The notes: generated by a model not told the origin, from the sequence alone. A DNA stretch of 64,000 nucleotides from Pseudomonadota bacterium (GCA_043799175.1 JAZDOA010000156.1:1242-65241); one strand, 5' to 3'; positions 29,581 to 38,794 are shown, numbered from the stretch's first letter. Translations and numbers: made by a program.

Positions 29581-29738
29581 GGAACCTCTGAATGAGTCCC
29601 CGCGTTGCCAACCGTTCGCCCTGAGGTATCGAAGGGCGAACATAAAACGGTATCAAAGCATTCACTATTTCCGTTCATGCTTCGATACCTCAGCACGAAC
29701 GGAAGCGGTTCAACGGGCTTATTCAGAGGTTCCTTAGC
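29581..29738. repeat. Large imperfect palindrome made of two inverted ~65-nt repeat copies (29581-29645 and 29674-29738), each with an internal hairpin
   Basis: Left arm GGAACCTCTGAATGAG...CCGTTCG..CTGAGGTATCGAAG...; the reverse complement of the right arm is GGAACCTCTGAATAAG...CCGTTCG..CTGAGGTATCGAAG...; internal perfect hairpin GTTCGCCCT-N10-AGGGCGAAC at 29614-29641. Confidence 0.65.
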
Positions 29739-30020
29739 GGTAGTAAAAAAAACGACTCCGGAAGCGGCTTTCGGCCTACTCCCGCCCGAAAAAGACCTTC
29801 ACCGGCTCCCCTTACTCACCTCCTTCCTTTCAGAAGGAGATTTTTGGGTTCGCCTCCAGCCTCTCCGAATCGGTTTCGCCTACCGGCCATCTCCCGGAGT
29901 CACTTTTAGGATAAGGACCGCCGGGCCAGGCTGTCAAGCACCCGGAGAGATGGTCGGAAAATACCCAGCGAGGCCAGTTGCCCTCCGCCGAAGTCCCTTG
30001 GGAAACACCCGCCCGTTTTC

Positions 30021-30060
30021 CAAAGAAAAAGGCCGGAGACTCACGTCCCCGGCCTTTGTT
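30021..30060. terminator. Bidirectional terminator 3' of the cytochrome c3 gene
   Basis: GGCCGGAG-N8-(C)CCCGGCC stem flanked by A/T runs (CAAAGAAAAA ... TTTGTTTATT). Confidence 0.6.
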
Positions 30061-30076
30061 TATTCGGTAGCAGTGC

Positions 30077-30451
30077 TTACTTCTTGTGACACTCGGTGCA
30101 GGTGGTCGGCGCGGGCTTGCCGGCCTTCTTTTCCTTCACGTGGCAGCCCTTCCAGCAATTGTTGTGGAAGGCGTCCTTCAGGGCTATCGGCTTCGGCCCG
30201 GTCTTGTGGCAGGCGTCACACTTCTGGACCGGGTCTCCCTGCTTCCAGACGTTCTTGCCATCTTTGTAGACATGGTGGCAATCAGCGCAGGCGGTCTTCA
30301 GATCAACGTGCTTCTTGTGCGTAAACTCCACCGCGCCCTTGGTGGCACCCTTGAGGCTGATGGTGTCAGGCGCCTTTTGCGCCGCGGAGGCCACGCCCAT
30401 GGCGCAGACAAACGCGGCCACCAGAATCAAAGCAATCGTCCCTCTTCTCAT
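30077..30451 (-). CDS. Periplasmic tetraheme cytochrome c3 (type I-like)
   Basis: Signal peptide MRRGTIALILVAAFVCAMGVASA followed by four CxxCH motifs (CADCHH, CDACH, CWKGCH and CTECH); mature protein about 100 aa. ATG at 30451; the ORF-track 5' extension is spurious. Confidence 0.85.
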   Translation of the reverse strand: MRRGTIALILVAAFVCAMGVASAAQKAPDTISLKGATKGAVEFTHKKHVDLKTACADCHHVYKDGKNVWKQGDPVQKCDACHKTGPKPIALKDAFHNNCWKGCHVKEKKAGKPAPTTCTECHKK

Positions 30452-30581
30452 TCTTCTCCCTTGCCTCCTCCTAAAAATGAACGCAGATGTGAAATGGTGC
30501 CCTATACTCTCTCCGCCGAATTCCTCTGTCAAGGGAAAATTTTCTCTATAAATAAAGAAGGTTGCGCCAGGGATAACCGGG

Positions 30582-31052
30582 TCAGTCCGGTCGCCGGTGG
30601 AGACCGATTTCGTTCAGGACGCCGTCGATCAGCCGAGGCAGCGCCGCTGCGACTTCGCTCGACAGATCCAGACCGGCTTCGATGACCGCCGGCTGAAGCC
30701 CCATGATGACGGTTCTGTCTGGAGGGATCTTCCCGAGGGATTCCAGCAGGCGGAGTACGCCTGGGATGTTCAGTTCGTGCAGGGAGAGGGCGGGCTCCTG
30801 GTCTTCCCTGGTATCGGAGGGGAACATTATATAGAGGGTGCCGGGATCCCCTGGCCCCAAAATGGCGTCAAGGATGATGAGCAGATCCACTCCCTCAAGA
30901 AAGGGCAGGATATTCATGGCCGAGGTGGCGCCGTCCGCGGCCTCGACGCCCGGCGGCAGACCGCGTTCCTGGAGAGCCCGGACGGCGTGGATGCCCAGAC
31001 CCTCGTCTCGGAGAAGCAGGTTGCCAAACCCCACCACCAGGACCTTTCCCAT
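30582..31052 (-). CDS. [NiFe]-hydrogenase maturation endopeptidase (HybD/HyaD/HycI family)
   Basis: Family motifs: N-terminal GNLLLRDEGLGIHAV and mid-protein ILDA/H region; 156 aa; no hydrogenase structural genes in the window. Confidence 0.75.
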   Translation of the reverse strand: MGKVLVVGFGNLLLRDEGLGIHAVRALQERGLPPGVEAADGATSAMNILPFLEGVDLLIILDAILGPGDPGTLYIMFPSDTREDQEPALSLHELNIPGVLRLLESLGKIPPDRTVIMGLQPAVIEAGLDLSSEVAAALPRLIDGVLNEIGLHRRPD

Positions 31053-31257
31053 GGAACCCCTCGGACAAAATTAATGTAGATCCTCGGACGCGGGGCGCGG
31101 GGCGGTCCAGCGTCCCGAAGATTAAAAAATTTACTATATCATGATTGCAAGCGTCCGCGCGCGGTGGCGCGGGACTCTTCGGAGGCTGCCACTGAACCCG
31201 CTCAACGCCAAGAAGAATCCGGTGCGCATCAGGGGTGGATTTAATCAATTTTTCCGC

Positions 31258-31286
31258 TTGACAGCCTTTGGGACACAGAGTAGAAA
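31258..31286 (+). promoter_or_regulatory. Candidate promoter upstream of qrcA (TTGACA-17nt-TAGAAA)
   Basis: A -35 consensus hexamer with a weak -10; about 190 nt 5' of the qrcA ATG. Confidence 0.25.
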
Positions 31287-31346
31287 CGGCTGAGCGGTGG
31301 AGAGTGCCGACCGCCCGCTAGGTTTTTTCGAGGGTCGGCCCCTTCG

Positions 31347-31380
31347 GTTTCGTCAGGGCCAAGGCTTTCGTCAGGGTCAA
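31347..31380 (+). promoter_or_regulatory. Direct repeat TTTCGTCAGGG(C/T)CAAG x2 (18-nt period): putative regulator binding site upstream of qrcA
   Basis: Two 16-nt units differing at one base, separated by 2 nt, about 100 nt upstream of qrcA. Confidence 0.35.
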
Positions 31381-31476
31381 GATATATAGCCTGAGAGAAA
31401 ACACAGCCAAGGAGATCTGGCGCGCCCGCGCGGCGCATACGGAATCCTCATTCTTAAAAGACCGAGGCGAGGTTCT

Positions 31477-32097
31477 ATGGAGACACATTCAACTGACAAA
31501 GGAGCGGGTTGGCGTTCCTGGTTGGCGTTCCTGGTTGGCTTTTTCGCGCTGCAGGTAGTCGGCTGGGTTATCTTTCCCGCGCTGCTCTACGGAACGAAGA
31601 CCCAACCGCTTAACTTCAGTCACAAGGCTCACGTCGAAAACGCCGGAGTAGGCTGCGAAGACTGTCACGCCTTCCGCGAAGACGGTACCTTCGCCGGCAT
31701 TCCCAATGTAGCCAAGTGCAAAGAGTGCCACGAGAGCGCTGTAACGGAATCACCCGCCGAAGCGACCCTCATCTCTGAATACATCGCGAAAAACAAGGAG
31801 ATACCCTGGCTGGTCTACGCGCGCCAGCCGGACTGTGTCTTCTTCTCCCATGCCGCGCACGTCAAGCTGGGCCAGATGGAATGTACCATCTGCCATGGCG
31901 ACCACGGGAAAACTGACCAACTGAGGCCCTATCAGTACAATCGCATTACGAAGTACAGCCGTGACATCTGGGGCAAATATATCTCGGGGATCTACGCTTT
32001 CAAGAAGCACCCCTATGACAGCATGAAGATGGATGACTGCGGCACTTGTCACAAGGAACAGCACGTGAGCAATGCCTGCTTCGTCTGTCATAAGTAG
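31477..32097 (+). CDS. qrcA: Membrane-anchored multihaem cytochrome c, QrcA-like
   Basis: N-terminal TM anchor plus five CxxCH motifs (CEDCH, CKECH, CTICH, CGTCH and CFVCH); precedes a Mo-pterin/FeS/NrfD trio. Confidence 0.75.
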   Translation: METHSTDKGAGWRSWLAFLVGFFALQVVGWVIFPALLYGTKTQPLNFSHKAHVENAGVGCEDCHAFREDGTFAGIPNVAKCKECHESAVTESPAEATLISEYIAKNKEIPWLVYARQPDCVFFSHAAHVKLGQMECTICHGDHGKTDQLRPYQYNRITKYSRDIWGKYISGIYAFKKHPYDSMKMDDCGTCHKEQHVSNACFVCHK

Positions 32098-32111
32098 GCG
32101 AGGGCGAAGAT

Positions 32112-34322
32112 ATGGATATCAGCAGAAGAACCTTCGTGATGTTCGGGGTAGGCGCGGCCGCGGGCTTCGTCTTGGGTCCGATCAACTGGAAACTCATGGA
32201 CGACGGCGCCATCTGGACCCAGAACTGGCCCTGGGTGCCGGTGCCCGAAGACGGTGAAACCTCTTATGCCACCTCGACCTGCAAGCTGTGTCCGGGGGCG
32301 TGTGGCATAAAAGTGCGCCTGATCGACGGGAAACGCGCCATCAAGATCGACGGCGACCCCGACCATCCGGTCAACAAGGGCGGCATCTGTGCCCTGGGGC
32401 TGTCGGGCCTGCAGGTCGTCTACGGGCCGGACCGCATCAAGAGCCCTCTCAGGCGGGACGGAGAGAGGGGCTCCGGCCAATGGAAGGCCATAAGCTGGGA
32501 GGAGGCGATCTCGCAACTCTCCGCCAAACTCAGCGAACAGCGCATGAGCGCCAAGCCCCACAGCGTGGCCCTGATAAATGGAGAGAGAAACGGGGCGATG
32601 AATCGCTTCTGGGAGCGCTTCCTGCGCTCTTACGGCTCGCCGAACCACGTCCTGATGCCCTCCCTGTCCGATACTGAAGAGGCCATAGGCGAGGTGATGC
32701 ACGGGGTGCGCAGCCCCATGGGCTACGACCTCGAAGGTTCGGGATATATCCTGAGCTTCGGCGCCGAGCTTCTCGACGGCTGGGGAAGCCCCGTCCGCAT
32801 GATGCTGGCCTACGGCAACTGGCGGGGAGGCGAGGGGACGCGGCCCAGGCTGGTCCATGTCTCCAGCATGTCCTCCATGAGCAGCTCCAAGGCGGATGAA
32901 TGGGTGGCGGTGCGACCCGGAACCGAAGCGGCTCTGGCCCTGGGCATGGCCAACGTCATCCTCAACGAGGGGCTGGCCAAGGGATCGGGGGGCGGAATGG
33001 ACGCCTTCCGGCAGGTGGCCTCGGAGTACACCCCGGATAGAGTTTCCTTGGTTACCGGTGTCAAGGCGGAGGACATCGCCCGCCTGGCCAGGGAGTTCGC
33101 CGCGGCAACGCACCCGGTGGCGGTGTGGGGGCGGGGCAGGGGAGATATGCCCGAGCGTCTGGCCGATGCCGGCGCCGTGCAGTGTTTGAACGCCCTGGTA
33201 GGCGCCGTGGGCGCCACGGGTGGCGTGGCCCCGCAACCTGCCGTACCGCTGGCGGGCTGGGGCGAGGCCCCGGTGGACATGGTGGCCGCGGCTGGCCTTG
33301 GTGCGGGAAGGCTGGACGGCACGGGGGGTGGGTGGCCACCAGCGCCTGGCGCCAGGGGAGCTGTGGGCAGCCTGGCTCACGACTTCCTCCAGGCCGCCGA
33401 CCAGAACGCGCCCTACGGGGTCAATGTCCTCATGGTCTACGAGGCCAACCCGGCCTACTCGTTGGCCGAGGCGCGCCTGTTCCGAGAGGCGGCGGGTAAG
33501 ATTCCTTACATTGTCAGTTTTGCCAGCTCTATGGATGAAACGGCGGCCATGGCGGATCTCATCCTGCCTAACCATACCTATCTGGAGCGCTGGGACAGCA
33601 CCCTGACCCCGCCGGGCCTTCAGTACCCGCTGGTCAGCCTGACCAAGCCGGTCATCGATCCCCTCTACCAGACCAGGCACACCGCCGAGGTCATGATGGA
33701 AGTCGCCAAGGCCGTGGGTGGCTCCGCCGCTTCAGCCCTGCCCTGGAGCAGCGCCGAGGAGATGGTCAAGTCCGAGGTTGCCTCGCTCGTCGGGGAAGGC
33801 TTGGTGTGGTGTGATCCGGCCGCCAGAGGGGGCGATAGCTTCGGCTTCGCCATGACCCTGCCCGGACGTGAAGAGAGCCGGGTGCCCAACTATCAGTCGG
33901 CCAACTTGACCGGCTCGGCACCCGAGTACCCCCTCCTGCTTATGCCCTTCGCCAACGCGCGGATGACGCAGAACAACATCGCCAATCCGCCCTACATGAC
34001 CAAAACCCTCGAGGATACCGTCTTGTTCGGGCAGGACCTGTTCGTCAGGTTGAGCCCGGTAACGGCGGGTGACCTGGAGATCGAGGAAGGCGACGCGGTG
34101 GAGCTGAAGACACCGGGTGGCACGGTAAAGGTCAGGGTGACTCTCGATCTCGGTATCCCGCCGGGAGTGGTGGGAATACCCCAGGGGCTTGGTCATGTCG
34201 CCCAGAGCGAATGGATAGCGGGCAAGGGTATCAACGCGAATGATGTCCTTATGATCGAGCGTGACCCTCTCAGCGGGTTGGCCAGGTGGCATGCAACCAG
34301 GGCCCGCGTCACCAAGATATAG
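32112..34322 (+). CDS. qrcB: Molybdopterin-oxidoreductase-family large subunit, QrcB-like (Tat-exported)
   Basis: Twin-arginine signal (SRRTFVMFGVGAAAG), N-terminal Cys cluster region (CKLCPGACGIKV) and MopB fold; 736 aa. Confidence 0.8.
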   Translation: MDISRRTFVMFGVGAAAGFVLGPINWKLMDDGAIWTQNWPWVPVPEDGETSYATSTCKLCPGACGIKVRLIDGKRAIKIDGDPDHPVNKGGICALGLSGLQVVYGPDRIKSPLRRDGERGSGQWKAISWEEAISQLSAKLSEQRMSAKPHSVALINGERNGAMNRFWERFLRSYGSPNHVLMPSLSDTEEAIGEVMHGVRSPMGYDLEGSGYILSFGAELLDGWGSPVRMMLAYGNWRGGEGTRPRLVHVSSMSSMSSSKADEWVAVRPGTEAALALGMANVILNEGLAKGSGGGMDAFRQVASEYTPDRVSLVTGVKAEDIARLAREFAAATHPVAVWGRGRGDMPERLADAGAVQCLNALVGAVGATGGVAPQPAVPLAGWGEAPVDMVAAAGLGAGRLDGTGGGWPPAPGARGAVGSLAHDFLQAADQNAPYGVNVLMVYEANPAYSLAEARLFREAAGKIPYIVSFASSMDETAAMADLILPNHTYLERWDSTLTPPGLQYPLVSLTKPVIDPLYQTRHTAEVMMEVAKAVGGSAASALPWSSAEEMVKSEVASLVGEGLVWCDPAARGGDSFGFAMTLPGREESRVPNYQSANLTGSAPEYPLLLMPFANARMTQNNIANPPYMTKTLEDTVLFGQDLFVRLSPVTAGDLEIEEGDAVELKTPGGTVKVRVTLDLGIPPGVVGIPQGLGHVAQSEWIAGKGINANDVLMIERDPLSGLARWHATRARVTKI

Positions 34323-34331
34323 AGGTAAGAG

Positions 34332-35108
34332 ATGAAGGAAACTCATTTCAAGAACCGTTACGGCATGGTCATCGACCTGGACAAGTGCACGGGATGCGGG
34401 GCTTGCACGGTGGCCTGCTGCACGGAGAACAACCTGCCGGCGTTGCCCGATGAGAGTGACAAGGTTCGCAGCATCACCTGGCTTCGCCTCTACCGGGTAG
34501 ACAACGGCCAGCCGTGGCCCAAGACACAGTACAGCTACTTCCCCCGGCCTTGCATGCACTGTGACCATCACACCCCGTGCGTCTCGGTCTGCCCGGTTAC
34601 GGCAACGAAAAAAGACGAAAACGGCGGGATCGTCAGCCAGATATATACCCGCTGCATGGGTTGCCGGTACTGCATGGCCTCCTGCCCTTACCATGCCCGA
34701 TACTTCAATTGGTGGGACGTGCGGTGGCCCGGAGATACCCAAAAAGCCCTGACCCCCGATGTCTCCCCCCGCATGAGGGGCGTCGTGGAAAAGTGTTCCT
34801 TCTGCCACCATCGCATGATGAAGGCAAAGGACAAGGCCGCGCTCGAAGGTCGCCACGAACTCAATGAAGGTGAATGGCAGCCCGCCTGCGTGGAGGCGTG
34901 CCCCGCCAAGGCCATGACCTTCGGGGACTTGAACAATCCCGAAGCGGCGGTTACCAAACTGTCCAAGAGCCCTCACGCCTTCCGGCTCCTGGAGCGTCTC
35001 GGAACCGAGCCCAAGGTATACTACCTCTCCACCAGAGCGTGGGTGCGGTGGTGGGCGGACAATCACTACCCGGGTGAAAAGAAGGTAGTGCCCGCCGTCC
35101 ACCTGTAA
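34332..35108 (+). CDS. qrcC: 4Fe-4S ferredoxin-type iron-sulfur subunit, QrcC-like
   Basis: Several CxxCxxCxxxC clusters (CTGCGACTVAC, CMHCDHHTPCVSVCP and CMGCRYCMASCP); 258 aa. Confidence 0.8.
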   Translation: MKETHFKNRYGMVIDLDKCTGCGACTVACCTENNLPALPDESDKVRSITWLRLYRVDNGQPWPKTQYSYFPRPCMHCDHHTPCVSVCPVTATKKDENGGIVSQIYTRCMGCRYCMASCPYHARYFNWWDVRWPGDTQKALTPDVSPRMRGVVEKCSFCHHRMMKAKDKAALEGRHELNEGEWQPACVEACPAKAMTFGDLNNPEAAVTKLSKSPHAFRLLERLGTEPKVYYLSTRAWVRWWADNHYPGEKKVVPAVHL

Positions 35109-35120
35109 AGGAGTGCGAAT

Positions 35121-36341
35121 ATGGATCGTTCACTGATTCCGGATGGCTGCAGGAGATGCTCGCCGGCGGTGTTTTTCATCTTCCAGGCGCTCTGGATGGG
35201 GCTGGTGGGCTTTGGTATCCTCGGCGCGACGCTCTGCCTCGGCCTTGGGCTGAACCAGACCGGGCTTAACGACTATTTCGGCTTCGGCATCTGGATCGTC
35301 TTCGACCTTGCGATCATCGCCCTGGGCGCGGGCGCCTTCTCTACCGGCTTCCTGGCTTATGTGGTCGGCAAGAAAGAGCTCAAGCCCATGATCAACGCCG
35401 CGGTCATCATCGGCTTCATCTGCTACTCCGGCGCGGTGGGCATGCTGGGCATAGACGTCGGGCAACCCATCAGGGGCTGGTTCGGCTTCTGGCACGCCAA
35501 TGTGCACAGCATGCTGACGGAAGTTATGTTTTGCATCACGACTTACCTGGCCGTGCTGGTCATAGAATATCTGCCGAATATCCTGGAAAACCGGAAGCTC
35601 GACAAGATTCCGGCGGTTCACGCCTTCAGCCACAACCTTCATGAGATAATGGTCGTCTTCGCCGCCACCGGGGCATTCCTCTCCATGTTCCATCAAGGGT
35701 CTCTGGGCGGTCTCTACGGGGTAATGTACGCCAGGCCGTTCGCCGCCCGAACAGGCATCCTGATCTGGCCCTGGACGTTCTTCCTCTTCATCATCTCGGC
35801 GGTGGCTTCCGGCCCGGCCTTCACCATGTTCTGCATCTGGTTGACCCAGAAGATCAGCGGGCGCCAGCTGGTGAAGCGCGAGGTGCTCAGTCTGCTGGCC
35901 AAGATCGCGGGCAACGTGCTGCTGGTCTACGCCGTGCTGAAACTGATAGACACCTACTACTGGGCCACCGTGGTGGCGCCCAGCGCGGGCTTCACCCTAT
36001 TGCAGTTTTATAAGGCGCCCTACGGGATTCACCTGCTCGTCATCGAGCTGGCGTGCGCCGTGCTGCCGGTGTTCGTCCTGCTGAACCCGAAACTGCGGGA
36101 TAAGGACGCCTGGCTGATTCCGGCGGCGCTGATAGACATCGCCGGGATCTGCCTGAACCGCTTCGTGTTCACGGTTCAGACCTCGGCCGTACCCGTCCTG
36201 CCATTTGACAAATACATCCCGTATCACGCCACATGGCAGGAGTGGTCCATCGCCATTGCCATGATCGGCTACGGGCTCCTGATATACTCGTTCTCATACC
36301 GCTATCTGCCGGTCTTCCCGCAGGAAAGGGAGTTGAACTAG
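35121..36341 (+). CDS. qrcD: NrfD/PsrC-family integral membrane subunit, QrcD-like
   Basis: 406-aa polytopic membrane protein in the conserved position after the FeS subunit. Confidence 0.8.
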   Translation: MDRSLIPDGCRRCSPAVFFIFQALWMGLVGFGILGATLCLGLGLNQTGLNDYFGFGIWIVFDLAIIALGAGAFSTGFLAYVVGKKELKPMINAAVIIGFICYSGAVGMLGIDVGQPIRGWFGFWHANVHSMLTEVMFCITTYLAVLVIEYLPNILENRKLDKIPAVHAFSHNLHEIMVVFAATGAFLSMFHQGSLGGLYGVMYARPFAARTGILIWPWTFFLFIISAVASGPAFTMFCIWLTQKISGRQLVKREVLSLLAKIAGNVLLVYAVLKLIDTYYWATVVAPSAGFTLLQFYKAPYGIHLLVIELACAVLPVFVLLNPKLRDKDAWLIPAALIDIAGICLNRFVFTVQTSAVPVLPFDKYIPYHATWQEWSIAIAMIGYGLLIYSFSYRYLPVFPQERELN

Positions 36342-36521
36342 CATGTTCCCTTGGGTTTTTGAATGGGATTGGGAAATTGGCCACTATTGTCTCCTGGGGG
36401 CGTGGTACTGCGTGTGCACGGTGGTGGGGGTGACGCTGCTCTACACCATCCTGAAGACCGCCAGCGATCTGCGCAACAAGCGCGACCGAGCCGGCCACGG
36501 AGATGATCACGGTCATCACTG
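36342..36521 (+). CDS. Small (59 aa) single-TM peptide with His/Asp-rich C-terminus; not in the ORF track
   Basis: ATG 1 nt after the qrcD stop (TAGCATG). Translation: MFPWVFEWDWEIGHYCLLGAWYCVCTVVGVTLLYTILKTASDLRNKRDRAGHGDDHGHH*; hydrophobic core of about 22 aa. Confidence 0.4.
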
Positions 36522-36752
36522 AGAGGGCTGTGGCTTTCTGGAGCCCGGTCGTTAGGTAGCGCCTTTTCGGGGCTGCGTCCGGGGTATGAAGATAGTCCGA
36601 GGTGGGGTAGGGTGCCCAGTGTGACCCTCTCCGCCTCGGTTTTTTTGGGGGGGACTTGGTAAGTAGTCGGGAAACAATCCGGCGTGGTTGTTGCACTGTA
36701 CAGCGGCGATGCGCCGTAGGCCACATAGAATTGGCACCCAAGGTCAGATCTC

Positions 36753-38794
36753 ATGGAAATCTCAGGCAAATCATCCACGGATCCGTCAGGGCCGGGCGGG
36801 CGGGACTCGAGCATGGTGGGGCCGAGGTGGCTGCCGGAAGTGTTGCGCCGGACGGTGAGCGGAGGCCGTTTGGCCTCATCGGCCAGTCTGGTGCTTGGCA
36901 CATTCCTGTGCGTCCTGCTTGGTCACACGGCACTGAACGTGCTGAGTGCCCGAACAGCCAAGGAACGGGCGGAGGTTGTTCACGAAAGAGCGCATGCAAC
37001 CGAGGAGGAGTCCGCCACCTACGCCCTGAAGGCCAAGGACATGCAGTTGGCCGTGGTGGAGGTGCAGCAGTGGCTGACGGACGTTGCCGCCTCCCAGACG
37101 GCTGAAAATCCGGGCTTCGCTCACGCCGAGGAACAGCCAAAACTTTCCGCGGCCTGTGCGAGGTTCTTCGCGCCAGGTACCAGAAGGCCGGCAATACGAA
37201 GGTAGTGGGCAACCTCGACACCATCGCCAGGGATTTCGAGGCCTTCCATGCCGTGGGCCTGAGAATGGCCAGGGCCTATATTGACGGGGGGCCGAGCGCC
37301 GGCATCCCCCTGATGCACCAGTTTGACCCCTACGCCGAGAGAATCAACGCCGACCTGGCTGCCTTAGTCAGGCAGCAGTCAGCCGAACTGGAGCGGTCCA
37401 TGGCCATGGTCAAGGACATGTGCGCCTCCATCGAAAAGGAGTCCGAATTCACCTCGAAGGCCAATATCTTGGCGGGGATAGCCATAGCCCTGGTGGCCGG
37501 GCTGTTGGGCATCTTCTACTTCCTGGGTACCGAACAGAAGAAGGCGGACGAGAATCTGAAGCACTCCGTCTCGCTCTTGCAGGCCACGGTGGAGTCCACC
37601 GCCGACGGCATCCTCGCGGTGGACAACGAAGGAACCATCCTGACCTACAATCACAACTTCGTGGAGATGTGGGGTATTCCCGATTCCATCATGGAGCCGC
37701 GGGACCACTACATCGCCCGGAAGTTCATCGCCGGGCAACTGGCCGACCAGAAGGGCTTTCTCGACAGCACGCGGGAGTACTATCTCAACCCCGACGTGGC
37801 GAGCTGCGCCATACTGGATCTCGAGGACGGCAGGACGCACGAATGTTGCGCCATGCCCCAACGCTTGGGAGGAAAGATCGTCGGCCGGGTCTATAGCTTC
37901 CGCGACCTCACCCCGCACAAGAAGGCGCAGGCGGAGCTGCGGCAGGCCCAGGCCAGCCTCCTGCAGTCGGAAAAAATGGCCGCCGTCGGGCAACTGGCGG
38001 CCGGCATTGCCCACGAGATCAACAACCCCATGGGGTTCATCAACAGCAACCTCGGCACCTTGGGAGAATACCAGTGGGATCTGAGCCGGCTGCTGGAAAA
38101 ATATCTGGCCCTGGAAAAACAGCTCATGGAGAGCGGTGAGGAGAATGTCTCGGAGAAGGTGGGCGCTCTCTGCGCTGAAATCGCCTTTTTGCGAAAGGAA
38201 ATAAACTTCGATTACATTATGGGGGACTTTGAGAAGGTGATCTCCGAGTCCCTGGACGGCTGCCAGCGCGTAAAGTCCATTATCCTTGACCTCAAGGACT
38301 TCTCCCATGTGGAAAACAGTGAATTGCAGGAAGCGGACATAAACAAGTGCCTGGAGAGCACGCTCAACATCGTCTGGAACGAGCTCAAGTACAAGGTAAC
38401 GGTGAACAAAGGCTACCAGACCCTGCCGCTGCTGCGCTGCCTGCCCCGGCAGTTGAATCAGGTTTTCTTGAACCTCTTCGTCAACGCGGCGCAGGCCATA
38501 GAAGATCGGGGGACCATGGCCATCCGAACCGGATACCACGAGGCTCCCGAGCCGCACATCGAGGTCCAGATCAGCGATACCGGAAAGGGCATCGCCAAGG
38601 AGAACCTCAGCAAAATATTCGAACCCTTCTTCACCACTAAGCCGGTGGGCTCCGGGACGGGCCTGGGTCTCCACATGGCCTACGGCATCGTCAAGAGACA
38701 TCGGGGGGAGATCCTGGTCGAGAGCGAGGAAGGCAAGGGGACTACGTTCACCATAAAGCTGCCAATAGGCGAGGTCATGCAAGGTGCCGCGTAA
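36753..38794 (+). CDS. Sensor histidine kinase (TM–periplasmic sensor–TM–PAS–HisKA–HATPase) interrupted by an apparent 1-nt frameshift near 37136-37139
   Basis: ORF 36753-37205 (TM + sensor N-terminus) and ORF 37205-38794 (sensor C-terminus, TM, PAS, H-box AHEINNP, and N/G-box HATPase) read as one protein if the A4 run at about 37136-37139 is A5 (...AEEQPKTFRGLCEVLRARYQKAGNTKVVGNLD...). Confidence 0.6.

Noticed and set aside
32088-35102. Minus-strand ORFs 32088-33680 and 33732-35102 antisense to qrcB/qrcC
   Set aside because: They overlap strongly supported Mo-pterin and FeS subunit genes; no motifs.
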